Assembly: GCA_019244185.1 (NCBI GenBank)
Contig: JAFATB010000002.1
Coordinates: 102,551 to 166,550, forward strand
DNA length: 64,000 nt
Origin: Acidobacteriota bacterium
Lineage (GTDB): Bacteria; Acidobacteriota; Thermoanaerobaculia; Gp7-AA8
Reading direction: 5' to 3'
Made by a program: the position numbers and the translations under genes. Positions 19,097 to 28,654 of the stretch are shown here, one piece after another. The notes below the pieces were generated by a model that saw only the letters and a list, made by a program, of their open reading frames with translations, did not search any database and had not been told where the DNA came from. Numbering within the stretch: the first letter of the stretch is position 1; the number at the start of each line of letters is the position of its first letter.

Positions 19097-19926
19097 GCGT
19101 CCGCTTCGAGCCGCTTGAGCAGCTCGCGCACGGCTTCGATCACTTCCGTCTTCTCGACGTTCGGCTTCTTGAACGCGAGATTGAGCGTGAACGGGAGCGA
19201 TTTGTCCTTCAGCGCGAAGACGTAGTTCTTCGGACGCCCGGCTTTTTTCGGCTCCGGTTTCGCGGCCGTCTGCTTGCGCAGATCGTCGCGCGACAACTCC
19301 CCTGCCGCGAACGCGCGCACGACCTGCTCCATCGCTTCCTCGGAACCGGCGCGCGCGACCTGCACGAGGATGCTCTTGTTCGAGATGCCCGCCTCGCGGC
19401 ACATCGCGCGGATGCGATCGGGAATGTCGTTGATGAGCAGCGTCTCGGTGACCGTCGTGCGCGACTTGCCGATGACCTGCGAGATCTTCTCGTGCGTGTA
19501 GTCGAACTTCTGCTGCAGGATGGCGAGGCCTTCCGCTTCTTCGAACGGCGTCAGGTCCTTGCGCTGGATGTTCTCGATGAGCGCGATCTCGAGCTGCTCG
19601 CGATCGTCGACGTCGAGCTCGATGGCCGGAATCTCGTCGAGGCCCGCGAGCGTGGCGGCGCGGTAGCGGCGTTCGCCGGAGATGATCTGGTAGCGGTTCG
19701 GACCGATGAGGCGGACGAGGATCGGCTCGAGCACGCCTTTCTCGCGGACGCTCGCCGCGAGCTCTTCGATATTGCCGAGCTGCGTGCGCGGCTGTTCCGC
19801 GTTCGGCTCGATGAACTGCAGCGGCAGCATGGAGCCGATGTGGCGGCCGGAGCGGCGCGTGAGCTCCTCGACGTAATGCGAATCGTGGCGCATGACCGAG
19901 CGCTCGGGGAGTCCTCGTTTAGCCAT
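19093..19926 (-). CDS. parB: ParB/Spo0J family partition protein
   Basis: IEPNAEQPR, GVLEPILVR, ISGERRYRA CTP-binding motif, LIENIQRKDL, HTH. Start at MAKRGLP. Confidence 0.92.
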   Translation of the reverse strand: MAKRGLPERSVMRHDSHYVEELTRRSGRHIGSMLPLQFIEPNAEQPRTQLGNIEELAASVREKGVLEPILVRLIGPNRYQIISGERRYRAATLAGLDEIPAIELDVDDREQLEIALIENIQRKDLTPFEEAEGLAILQQKFDYTHEKISQVIGKSRTTVTETLLINDIPDRIRAMCREAGISNKSILVQVARAGSEEAMEQVVRAFAAGELSRDDLRKQTAAKPEPKKAGRPKNYVFALKDKSLPFTLNLAFKKPNVEKTEVIEAVRELLKRLEADA

Positions 19927-19942
19927 GGAAAACGCTCCGCGT

Positions 19943-20016
19943 TGAACGATGAACGGTGAACGATGAACGATGCGATCGCTGAACGTCAGCGTTCGTCGTT
20001 CCGCGTTCATCGTTCG
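19943..20016. repeat. Degenerate heptamer-repeat inverted repeat between parA and parB
   Basis: TGAACGA/G four times (19943-19970) with complementary GTTCG TCGTTCC GCGTTCA TCGTTCG (19991-20016). Confidence 0.75.
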
Positions 20017-20033
20017 TGCTACGCAACAAAGGC

Positions 20034-20786
20034 CTAAACACGCGACAGCAACTCCTCCGACAGCGAGTAGTACTCCATCGCGCCGCTCGATTTCGGCGCG
20101 AAGGTGAAGATCGATTCCTTGTACGCGGGACTCTCTTCGAGCCGGATCGACTTCGTGATCACGGTGTTGAAGAGGCGGTCGCCGAAGACGTGGCCGATCT
20201 GATCGTGGATGTCTTTCGCGAGCGTCGTGCGCTTGTCGTGCATGGTGATGACGACGCCGGCGAGTTGCAGATTCGGATTCGGCCGCGCCTTGATCTTCTC
20301 GATCGTCTCGAGCAGATCGTCGGTGCCTTCGAGCGCGAAATACGACGACTGGATCGGCACGAGGACGTGCGTCGACGCGACCAGCGCGTTGACGGTGATC
20401 ATGCCGAGGGTGGGCGGCGTGTCGATGAAGATGTAGTCGTACTCGTTGACGGTGTTCTTGAGACGGTCCTTCAGGCGGAACGGACCGTCGAGATCGCCGA
20501 TCAGTTTCGACTCGAGCTTCGCGAGCGCGATGCGCGACGGCGCGAGAAACAGGTTCGGAACGGGCGTCTCGATGATGACGTCGGGAAAGTCGAGCTCCTC
20601 GCTCACGAGCACGTCGTACATCGACTTCGTGACCGAGCGCGCGTCGACGTAGCTCATCGTCGAGTTGGCCTGCGGATCGAGGTCGATGAGGAGCGTTCGA
20701 CCCTTGTTGGCACACGCCGCGGCGAGGTTGATCGTGGTGGTCGTCTTGCCGACGCCGCCTTTTTGGTTGGCAACGGTGATGATCAT
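20034..20786 (-). CDS. parA: ParA/Soj family ATPase
   Basis: NQKGGVGKTTT, IDLDPQAN, IDTPPTLG, SIRLEESP. Confidence 0.95.
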   Translation of the reverse strand: MIITVANQKGGVGKTTTTINLAAACANKGRTLLIDLDPQANSTMSYVDARSVTKSMYDVLVSEELDFPDVIIETPVPNLFLAPSRIALAKLESKLIGDLDGPFRLKDRLKNTVNEYDYIFIDTPPTLGMITVNALVASTHVLVPIQSSYFALEGTDDLLETIEKIKARPNPNLQLAGVVITMHDKRTTLAKDIHDQIGHVFGDRLFNTVITKSIRLEESPAYKESIFTFAPKSSGAMEYYSLSEELLSRV

Positions 20787-20814
20787 TGAACCGAAGGCGA
20801 TTTTAGCAGCAGCG

Positions 20815-21303
20815 CTACATCTTGTACTTGCCGAGATCGTCCGGCTCGAGCGAGTCGAACCACTTCTTCATCTTCTCGCTCTGATCGTCGGAATCGGGGC
20901 TGATCGTCTGCGCCTGTTCGAGCACGGACTGCGCGACGTAGATCGGGGCCTCGACGCGCAGCGCGAGCGCGATGGCGTCGCTCGGACGCGCGTCGACTTC
21001 GAGCGTGCGGTCGCCGGTGATGATGCGGATCTGCGCGAAGAACGTCGAGTCGCGGAGGTCGTTGATGACGATGCGCGTCACGCGCGCGTCGAGCTGCGCG
21101 ATCGTGTCGCGCAGGAGGTCGTGCGTCATCGGCCGCGGCGTGGCGATGTTCTCGAGCTGCAGCGCGATCGCGTTCGCCTCGAAGATGCCGACCCAGATCG
21201 GGAGAAAGAAACGGTCTTCCTCATCCTTGAGCACCACGATCGGCGAGTTCGAGACCGGATCGAGCATCAACCCCTTGATCGACATCGGAACGAGCTCGGT
21301 CAT
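20815..21303 (-). CDS. Bifunctional nuclease family (DUF151) protein
   Basis: LPIWVGIFEANAI, PRPMTHDL, DARPSDAIALALR. Confidence 0.92.
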   Translation of the reverse strand: MTELVPMSIKGLMLDPVSNSPIVVLKDEEDRFFLPIWVGIFEANAIALQLENIATPRPMTHDLLRDTIAQLDARVTRIVINDLRDSTFFAQIRIITGDRTLEVDARPSDAIALALRVEAPIYVAQSVLEQAQTISPDSDDQSEKMKKWFDSLEPDDLGKYKM

Positions 21304-22598
21304 CGAACGGCCTCCCCGCGCAGCGTGTGGTGTTGTGCCGCATCGATACGCACGCCAAGGATACTCCCCAGCGGCGTGGCGGGGTCGCCGTGGAAATTCA
21401 CGACCCAGAAGTCGTCCGTGCGTCCCGACAGCATCGACGCGTCGTTGCGGCTCGGACCTTCGACGAGCACCGGCACGACGCGGCCGCGATACGACGCGAG
21501 CCGCTCCCGCTTGTGCTCCTCGTGCAGGTCGAATAACCGCTGCAGGCGTTCCGATGCGATCGCATCGTCGAGCGGCGGACCGATGCGCACCGACGGCGTG
21601 CCGGGGCGCGGCGAATACTTGAACGCGAAGAGCGAGCCGTAACGCACCTCTTCGATGAGCGAGAGCGTCTCCTGAAAGTCCTCCTCGGTCTCGCCCGGGA
21701 AGCCGACGATGATGTCGGTCGAGAAGTGGATCTCCGGAATCGCGGCGCGGATGCGGGCGATGGTCTCGAGATACTTCTCGCGCGTGTACAGCCGTTTCAT
21801 GCGGCGCAGCACGCGTGACGAGCCCGATTGCACCGGCAGATGCAGGTAGCGCGAGATGTTCGCGTGGTCGCGCATCGCCGCGATCATCGAGTCGTTCACC
21901 TCGGCGGGATGCGAGGTCGTGAAGCGCAGCCGTGCGACTCCTTCGAGTTCCGCGGCCGCCGCGAGCAGCGCGCCGAAGTCGTTGCCGGTGATCGGGCAAC
22001 GGTAGGCGTTGACGGTCTGGCCGAGGAGCTCGATCTCGACGCGACCGCTGTCGACGGCGGTGCGCACCTCGCGCAGCACGTCGTCAAACGGACGCGAGAC
22101 CTCGCGGCCGCGCGTGGTCGGCACGATGCAGAACGTGCAGTTCTTGTTGCAGCCTTCGATGATCGTGACCCACGCCTTCGTCGGCGACGTGCGATCGATC
22201 GCGAACGCGTCGTATTTGCGATCTTCGGGAAACTCGACGGCGAGCCGCGTCCCGTGCTCGAGCACCTCGTCGAGATGGCCGACGTTGCCCGGTCCCATCA
22301 CGAAGTCGACCCACGGCGCGCGTTCGAGGATGCGCTCCCCTTCCTGTTGCGCGACGCAGCCGCAGACGCCGATCTTCGCGCCGGTCTCGCGTTTCAGCTC
22401 ACGCAGGCGGCCGAGGCGCGAGAAGACTTTCTGCTCCGCCTTGTCGCGCACCGAGCACGTGTTGAGCAGGATGAGATTCGCCTGCGTTTCGTCGTCGACG
22501 CGCCGGTAGCCGCGCAGCTTGAGGTTGCCCGACAGCCGTTCGCTGTCGAGCTCGTTCATCTGACAGCCCCAGGTCTCGATGTAGTAGGTCTGGCTCAT
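21300..22598 (-). CDS. miaB: tRNA ms2i6A37 methylthiotransferase
   Basis: ETWGCQMNELDSE, NTCSVRDKAE, radical-SAM CNKNCTFC, HLPVQSGS, DIIVGFPGET, TRAM-like C-terminus. Confidence 0.95.
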   Translation of the reverse strand: MSQTYYIETWGCQMNELDSERLSGNLKLRGYRRVDDETQANLILLNTCSVRDKAEQKVFSRLGRLRELKRETGAKIGVCGCVAQQEGERILERAPWVDFVMGPGNVGHLDEVLEHGTRLAVEFPEDRKYDAFAIDRTSPTKAWVTIIEGCNKNCTFCIVPTTRGREVSRPFDDVLREVRTAVDSGRVEIELLGQTVNAYRCPITGNDFGALLAAAAELEGVARLRFTTSHPAEVNDSMIAAMRDHANISRYLHLPVQSGSSRVLRRMKRLYTREKYLETIARIRAAIPEIHFSTDIIVGFPGETEEDFQETLSLIEEVRYGSLFAFKYSPRPGTPSVRIGPPLDDAIASERLQRLFDLHEEHKRERLASYRGRVVPVLVEGPSRNDASMLSGRTDDFWVVNFHGDPATPLGSILGVRIDAAQHHTLRGEAVR

Positions 22599-23050
22599 TC
22601 GGGTTTCGCGGCGGCGAGCTCCGCGCGCGTGGCGTCGAGCTGCTTCTTCGTTTCCTCGAAGCGCCGCACGATCTCGGTGTCGCGCCGCTGCAGGTCGTTC
22701 TCGTCGTAGTAACTCTGTTCGATTTGCGAGAGCTGGATTTCGAGCTCCGTCACGCGCTTCTGGATCGCCTCGGCACGCGCGTCACCGGCAGCGCGCGCGC
22801 GGCGCGACGCTTCGAATTCTTCGGCCGACATTTGCGGCGGCAGCGGCTGGACCGGCGGCAGCGATCCCGCGGGCCGCTCGATGAGCTTGCCCTTCGACTT
22901 CTTCACGTCGGCGTTCGTGATGACCTTCGTGCTGCTCTTCTTCCGCTGCTTGGCCTGCTTCGACGCCTCGACGAGTTTCGTCGTGTCGCTCGTCTGCGCA
23001 ATGACAAGCGCGGCGTTCGACAGCAGCAGAAGGAGCGCGAGAGCTTTCAT
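22595..23050 (-). CDS. Secreted coiled-coil hypothetical protein
   Basis: Signal peptide; KVITNADV motif; helical C-terminus; coupled to both neighbours. Confidence 0.7.
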   Translation of the reverse strand: MKALALLLLLSNAALVIAQTSDTTKLVEASKQAKQRKKSSTKVITNADVKKSKGKLIERPAGSLPPVQPLPPQMSAEEFEASRRARAAGDARAEAIQKRVTELEIQLSQIEQSYYDENDLQRRDTEIVRRFEETKKQLDATRAELAAAKPE

Positions 23051-23424
23051 ACGCGGCCGTAGCGGTCTTCGAGGCGCACGACGTCATCGAGCTCCGGCGT
23101 CGACACCTCGGCCACATCGGTATCGGCGAGCGCTTCCATCCGGTGGATGAGGCGCGGCGGAATGTGGAACGACTCCCCCTTCCGCAGCATCAACTCGCGC
23201 CGGTCGCCGTCGTGCTCGATGGTCAGCCGCAGCTCGCCGTCGACAACGTACAGCGTCTCTTCTTTCATTTCGTGGTACTGGAGGCTCAGCGATTCGCCGC
23301 GGTTGATGTGGAGGATCTTGCCGACGTACTTGTCCGTCTTCGCGAAGATCAGCTCGTAGCCCCACGGCTTCGCGACGTGCGTGATGTGATGGATCTCGAA
23401 GAGCTGTTCGTACTCGGGCGTCAT
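23047..23424 (-). CDS. Cupin-domain protein (mannose-6-phosphate isomerase-like)
   Basis: KPWGYELI, LSLQYH..KEET, IHRMEA, EVSTPELDDVVRLEDRYGR. ATG overlaps the ptsI stop. Confidence 0.88.
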   Translation of the reverse strand: MTPEYEQLFEIHHITHVAKPWGYELIFAKTDKYVGKILHINRGESLSLQYHEMKEETLYVVDGELRLTIEHDGDRRELMLRKGESFHIPPRLIHRMEALADTDVAEVSTPELDDVVRLEDRYGRV

Positions 23425-25205
23425 AGGGATTTGCTCGCCAGTCCTTCCGGAAAACGCATGGCCACGCTTTCGATGATGTACTCCTCGATCTCCTGCGCGG
23501 TCTTCTTCTGCAGCGCGCTCTCCGCGATGCGCTTGCAATCTTTGTAGCGCACCGAGCGCACGACGTTCTTCAGCACGGGGATCGACGACGGGTTCATGGA
23601 GAAGATCTCCAGGCCGAGGCCGAGGAGCACGATCGCGTAGATCGGGTCGGAGGCCATCTCGCCGCACATCGAGACCGGGATGCCGGCGCGCTTGCCGGCG
23701 TCGATCACGCCTTTGATCAGCCGCAGCAGCGCGGGATGCAGCGGCTCGTAGAGATAGCTCACGTTCTCGTTGCCGCGGTCGATCGCGAGCGAGTACTGAA
23801 TGAGGTCGTTCGTGCCGATCGCGAAAAAGTCCGCTTCCGTCGCGAGGAGGTCCGCGATCACGGCGGCGGACGGCACCTCGATCATGATGCCGATCTGCAG
23901 CTCGCGGTTGTACGGGATGCCCTCGGCGTCGAGCTCGAGACGGATCTCGCGCACGAGCGTCTTCACCTGACGCAGTTCCTGCACGCCGGAGACGAGCGGG
24001 AACATGATCTTGATCTTGCCGAACGCGGACGCGCGCAGCAGCGCGCGCAACTGCGTCTTGAACATGTCGCGGTGCTGCATGCAGAGGCGCAGCGCGCGCA
24101 GGCCGAGGACGGGATTGTCTTCCTTCGAGCCCATCACCTCGCGCGCGAGCTTCTTGCCGCCGAGGTCGAACGTACGAATGACGCACCAGTTCGGCGCCGT
24201 GCCTTCGGCGAGCTTGCGATAGATGTTGAAGTGCTCTTCTTCCGTCGGCAGATCGGGACTGGTCGAGATGTAGAGGAACTCGGAGCGATAGAGGCCGATG
24301 CCTTCCGCGCCGAACTTCACCGCGTCGCCGACTTCCTCGATGAGCTCGATGTTCGCCTGCAGTGAGACGCGATGGTTGTCCTTCGTCATCGCCGCGAGCT
24401 CGCGGTTCGTGAGGAGCTTCTGCTCGGCTTCCTCGTGACGCGAGACGCGGCTGCGGTACTCGGCGATCATCGCCTGCGTCGGGTTGATGAGGATCGTGCC
24501 CTCGTAGCCGTCGACGATCACGAGCTCGTCGTTGTCGACGATCTTCGTGAGGCGCGGCACGCCGATGACCGCGGGCATGAACAGCGACTTCGCGATGATC
24601 GACGTATGCGAGGTGCGTCCGCCGACTTCCGTCGCGAAGCCGACGATGGGGCGGCGGTTGAAGTGAATCGTGTCGGACGGCGTGAGGTCGTCGGCGATGA
24701 TGATGACGTCGTGCGCGATCTCGGACAGATCGTGATGCGCGACGCCCTGCAGGTTGACGAGCACGCGCTCGGCGACGTCCTTCACGTCCGCCACGCGCTC
24801 GCGCAGGTAGTCGTCGTCGAAGCTGGCGAAGCGCGCCTGCAGCTCTTCCTGTACTTCCGCGAGCGCCCACTCCGCGTTGACTTGCTCGTTCTCGATCTTC
24901 TGCGCGACTTTGTCGGCGAACGATGCGTCGCCGACGATCATCGCGTGCGCCTCGAAGATCTGCGCGTACTCGTCGCCCATCGAGCGGCTGACTTTTGCCT
25001 TCAGCTCCAGGAGCTCGTCGCGCGTTTTCTCGAGCGACTCGAGGAAGCGCGTGACCTCGGCGGCCACTTCCTCGTCGCGGATCGGCACGCGGTACACCGA
25101 CGCGACGCGCTTCTCGACGATGACGGCGCGGCCGATGGCGATGCCGGGCGACACGCCGACGCCTTTGTAGGTCCGAATGTCGCTGCGGGTCTGAGCGGCC
25201 GGCAT
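23421..25205 (-). CDS. ptsI: PEP-protein phosphotransferase (PTS enzyme I)
   Basis: GGRTSHTSI phospho-His, GIGLYRSEFL, IRTFDLGGKK, GIMIEVPSA, IGTNDLIQY, MCGEMA. Confidence 0.95.
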   Translation of the reverse strand: MPAAQTRSDIRTYKGVGVSPGIAIGRAVIVEKRVASVYRVPIRDEEVAAEVTRFLESLEKTRDELLELKAKVSRSMGDEYAQIFEAHAMIVGDASFADKVAQKIENEQVNAEWALAEVQEELQARFASFDDDYLRERVADVKDVAERVLVNLQGVAHHDLSEIAHDVIIIADDLTPSDTIHFNRRPIVGFATEVGGRTSHTSIIAKSLFMPAVIGVPRLTKIVDNDELVIVDGYEGTILINPTQAMIAEYRSRVSRHEEAEQKLLTNRELAAMTKDNHRVSLQANIELIEEVGDAVKFGAEGIGLYRSEFLYISTSPDLPTEEEHFNIYRKLAEGTAPNWCVIRTFDLGGKKLAREVMGSKEDNPVLGLRALRLCMQHRDMFKTQLRALLRASAFGKIKIMFPLVSGVQELRQVKTLVREIRLELDAEGIPYNRELQIGIMIEVPSAAVIADLLATEADFFAIGTNDLIQYSLAIDRGNENVSYLYEPLHPALLRLIKGVIDAGKRAGIPVSMCGEMASDPIYAIVLLGLGLEIFSMNPSSIPVLKNVVRSVRYKDCKRIAESALQKKTAQEIEEYIIESVAMRFPEGLASKSL

Positions 25206-25209
25206 CAAG

Positions 25210-25479
25210 TCATTCTACTTCGTCGAACTTGGCCTCGATGAGCTTCTCGATGTCGTCGAGCGCCTGGCGTTCGTCCTCGCCGTCGGCGCGCAGCGTGATG
25301 ACGGAGCCGCGGCCGGCGGCGAGCAGCAGGATGCCGAGGATCGACTTGCCGTCGACTTCCTCGTCGCCCTTGCGGATCTTGATGTCGGACTTGAAGCGCG
25401 CGGCGGTGTGCACGAGCTTCGCCGCGGCGCGCGCGTGCAGTCCGAGCTTGTTCTTGATCTCGACTTCGCGCGAGATCAC
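25210..25479 (-). CDS. ptsH: Phosphocarrier protein HPr
   Basis: NKLGLHARAA (His15) and VDGKSILG (Ser46). Confidence 0.94.
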   Translation of the reverse strand: MISREVEIKNKLGLHARAAAKLVHTAARFKSDIKIRKGDEEVDGKSILGILLLAAGRGSVITLRADGEDERQALDDIEKLIEAKFDEVE

Positions 25480-25901
25480 GCCGGCACTCCCGCGCGCTTC
25501 TCGGCGGTCAGGAGATCGGAGGCGACGCGGATCGCCTTCGAGCCTTTCTCGACGATCACGTGCGCCAGCGTGGCCACGTCTTTCGCTTCCTGCTTCACCG
25601 TCGCGAACTTCACGATCATCGGCAGGTTCACGCCGGTGACGATCTCGATCCTCCCCTGCTCGAGGAACGAGAGGCTGATGTTGCTCGGCGTCCCGCCGAA
25701 CATGTCGGTGAAGATGATCACCGCGCGGTCGTGCCCGACGCGCGCCAGCGCCTGCGCGATCTTCTCGCGCGCGGCGTCGACGCTGTCGTTCCATTCGAGC
25801 GGCAAGGCCTCGATGCCGGAGACGTCCGCTTCGATCTGACGCGCCGCGTTCAGCAGCTCGTGCGCCAGGTTTCCGTGAGTCACGATCAATGCCCCAATCA
25901 C
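25476..25901 (-). CDS. PTS mannose/fructose-type EIIA component
   Basis: IVTHGNLA, FTDMFGGTPSN, GVNLPM. GTG start lies 7 nt after TGCTATCAT. Confidence 0.9.
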   Translation of the reverse strand: MIGALIVTHGNLAHELLNAARQIEADVSGIEALPLEWNDSVDAAREKIAQALARVGHDRAVIIFTDMFGGTPSNISLSFLEQGRIEIVTGVNLPMIVKFATVKQEAKDVATLAHVIVEKGSKAIRVASDLLTAEKRAGVPA

Positions 25902-25930
25902 GCTGCGCATGATAGCAGCGGCACGGAAGC

Positions 25931-26797
25931 TCACCGGTTCATGTCGCGGTGCACGATCTCAACGGCATATCCCGCGCCGGCGAGCTCGTTGCCGAGGCGC
26001 TGGCCGATGGCGACGGAGCGGTGCTTGCCGCCGGTGCAGCCGATGCCGATCGTGAGGTAGCTCTTCATCTCTTTGCGGTAGCCGGGCAGCACGTAGCTGA
26101 CGAAGTCGAAGAGGCGGCGGTAGAACTCCGCGTAGCCTTCCTGCGCCTCGAGGTACGCGACGACTTCGGGGTCGACGCCGGTCTTCGGGCGGAGCGCGTC
26201 GACGAAATGCGGGTTCGGGAGAAAGCGCACGTCGAACAGCAGATCGAGGTTGTACGGCAGGCTGTACTTGAAGCCGAACGTGATGATCGTGACGAGCGTC
26301 GACGGCTCCTGCCCCGGAAGCTGGAAGCGCCGCATGATCTCGGCCTTGAGCTCGTGCACCGAGAACTGCGAGGTGTCGAGCACCATGTTCGCGAGCGACT
26401 TCACTTCCGTCAGCGCCGCGCGCTCCGCCTGAATCGCGTCGATGAGCGGACGGTCTTTCGCGAGCGGGTGCGGGCGGCGCGTCTCGGAGTAGCGCCGCGC
26501 GATCACTTCTTCCGAGGCCTCGAGGAAGATGAGGACCGTGTTCGGTACGAGCTTCTGCAGGCGCTCGCGGTAGAAGTTCGGGAAGATGGTCGCGAAGTCG
26601 TGCGTGCGCACGTCGACGACGATGCTCACGCGGTCCGCCTTCTCGTGCGACGACACCTCGTTGAGGTACGGCTCGATCAGCTCGATGGGCAGATTGTCGG
26701 AGCAGTAGAAGCCGAGGTCCTCGAGGGTCGACTGCACGTACGACTTGCCGGAGCCGGAGAGGCCGGTGATGACGACGAGGTACTCGGGGGCGTTCAA
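25931..26797 (-). CDS. rapZ: RNase adapter / P-loop nucleotide-binding protein
   Basis: ITGLSGSGKS, LEDLGFYCSDNLP, RYSETRRPHPL, FDVRFLPNP, IGCTGGKHRSV, HRD. TTG start. Confidence 0.93.
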   Translation of the reverse strand: MNAPEYLVVITGLSGSGKSYVQSTLEDLGFYCSDNLPIELIEPYLNEVSSHEKADRVSIVVDVRTHDFATIFPNFYRERLQKLVPNTVLIFLEASEEVIARRYSETRRPHPLAKDRPLIDAIQAERAALTEVKSLANMVLDTSQFSVHELKAEIMRRFQLPGQEPSTLVTIITFGFKYSLPYNLDLLFDVRFLPNPHFVDALRPKTGVDPEVVAYLEAQEGYAEFYRRLFDFVSYVLPGYRKEMKSYLTIGIGCTGGKHRSVAIGQRLGNELAGAGYAVEIVHRDMNR

Positions 26798-26823
26798 GTG
26801 AGCGTTGTCTCCTCGCGCGGCCG

Positions 26824-27906
26824 CTAGCGCTGCCTGCGCGTGCGATCGATGACGTCCGGTGCGAATCGCGTGCGCGAATGGAGGCTGCGCATCTCGGAGC
26901 TGCGCAGCTCCTCGCGATTCGTCGCCGGCAGCGTGTCGGACACGCCCGCGCCCTGCCGCGCGATCTGCTCGTCGATGCGCCGCGTGAACTCGCGCGCGGA
27001 GTCGTAGCCCTGCAGCTTCATGAGGTGGTTGCGCGCGGCGATCTCGACGAGCAGCGCGAGGTTGCGTCCAGACGCGACCGGCAGCCGCACGTACGGCTTC
27101 GACACGCCGAGCAGCTCGTACGTCTCGCCGGTGATGCCGAGGCGATCGTACTCCGCGCCTTCGACCCACTTCTCGAGCTTCACCACGAGATCGATCGGCT
27201 TGACGTCGCGCGTCGAGGCCACGCCGAAGAGGTCTTTGATGTCGATGATGCCGATGCCGCGCAGCTCCATGTGGTGGCGCAGCAGATCGTTCGAATAGCC
27301 GAGGAGCACGTCGTTCGGATGGCGCTTCACGACCACGAGATCGTCGGCGATGAGCCGATGCCCGCGGTAGATGAGGTCGAGCGCGCATTCGCTCTTGCCG
27401 ATGCCGCTGTCGCCGAGGAGCAGCACGCCGATGCCGTAGACGTCGAGGAGACCGGAGTGCATCGTGAGACGCGGCGCCATCGTCTCCTCGAGCGCGTACG
27501 TCGTGCGCGTGATGGTCGTCGACGACATCGCCGGCGTGGAGAAGAGCGGCACCGAGCGCTTCTCGCATTCGACGCGGAACTCGTCCAGCGGCGTGATGCC
27601 TTTGGTCACGATGAAGCAGGAGATGTCGAGGCCGGCGACGTCGCGGATGCGTTTCTCGCGCAGGCGCGGCGGAAGGCTCTGCAGGTACTTCGTCTCCGAC
27701 GCGCCGATGATCTGCACGCGCCACGGCTTGATGTACTCGTAGTAGCCGGCGAACGCGAGGCCGGGCTTCTGCACGCGCGGCCGCGCGATGACACGCGCGA
27801 GACCGTCGTCGCCGGTGACGAGCTTGAGCTGCAGGTCGTCGAGATCGCCGACGCGCAGCGACTCGACGGTCGTCTCGATGAAGTCTTCCTCGGCGGCATC
27901 GGTCAC
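26824..27906 (-). CDS. hprK: HPr(Ser) kinase/phosphorylase
   Basis: QKPGLAFAGY, GDSGIGKSECALDLI.RGHRLIADD, MELRGIGII, GRNLALLVEIAARN. Confidence 0.95.
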   Translation of the reverse strand: MTDAAEEDFIETTVESLRVGDLDDLQLKLVTGDDGLARVIARPRVQKPGLAFAGYYEYIKPWRVQIIGASETKYLQSLPPRLREKRIRDVAGLDISCFIVTKGITPLDEFRVECEKRSVPLFSTPAMSSTTITRTTYALEETMAPRLTMHSGLLDVYGIGVLLLGDSGIGKSECALDLIYRGHRLIADDLVVVKRHPNDVLLGYSNDLLRHHMELRGIGIIDIKDLFGVASTRDVKPIDLVVKLEKWVEGAEYDRLGITGETYELLGVSKPYVRLPVASGRNLALLVEIAARNHLMKLQGYDSAREFTRRIDEQIARQGAGVSDTLPATNREELRSSEMRSLHSRTRFAPDVIDRTRRQR

Positions 27907-27981
27907 GTCCCTATCGTACCCGAAACGAAATGGCCGGCAGGTTGCCCCGCCGGCCACGAAGAACACGCGTGTGGTGCGTTG

Positions 27982-28641
27982 CTACTTCTTGACGACCGAG
28001 GCCGCGGCGACCGACTCGAAGATCGCATCGAGGTCTGCCTGCTGCTTCTTGTCCTTCAGCGCCATCTTGCCGTTTACCAGATCCACGGTCACACCGGTGA
28101 TGAGCTCTTCGCGCTGGAGACCGGGGACACTCTTGCGGAAGAACGTGAATGTGAAATCGCGGAACGTCGAGCCGGGCGTGGTCGTTGCGGCCCGGGAACC
28201 GTCTTCGGCCGGCCCGAGCCCGCCGCTCGTCCCGCCGACATTGTTCGGGTCGACCATCGGCTTGTTGACGCGCTTCGTGGTGACCTTCCGGTCGGTGATC
28301 TCTACGCTGTCGGGGGCGCCGAACAGGACGAGCATCTTTCCGCCGATCGTCTGCGAACCCTTGACTTTGCCGAAGCTGAGGTACTTGTCGGCGATGGCCG
28401 TACGTTTCTCGACTTCCGCCAGCCACGCCGTACCGCCGCGGCTGGCGACGAAGTCGTCGACGAACGTCTCCGCCTCGGCCGAAGTCGAGATTCCCGCCCA
28501 CTGCATCCGTTCGGCGCTGGTCATGAAGTACGCCTGCGGCGACTGCCCCCAGTCGGCGAGTGGGCCGGGAGGATTCGCGTGAACGACGGCAGCCGACAGC
28601 AATCCGCCAAGGCCGAGAACGAAAGCGAGGATGCGCTTCAT
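27982..28641 (-). CDS. Secreted GWxTD-like domain protein, paralogue 3
   Basis: Signal peptide; W..SPQAYFMT..E...W, EVEKR, GSQTIGGK...LFGAP. Confidence 0.7.
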   Translation of the reverse strand: MKRILAFVLGLGGLLSAAVVHANPPGPLADWGQSPQAYFMTSAERMQWAGISTSAEAETFVDDFVASRGGTAWLAEVEKRTAIADKYLSFGKVKGSQTIGGKMLVLFGAPDSVEITDRKVTTKRVNKPMVDPNNVGGTSGGLGPAEDGSRAATTTPGSTFRDFTFTFFRKSVPGLQREELITGVTVDLVNGKMALKDKKQQADLDAIFESVAAASVVKK

Positions 28642-28654
28642 CGTTCCCGTTGCC

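Noticed and set aside
13322-20786. Integrated plasmid or prophage (TA + dif + parAB)
   Set aside because: The interval contains essential lptFG and metabolic genes. No rep, integrase or phage genes and no second dif were seen.
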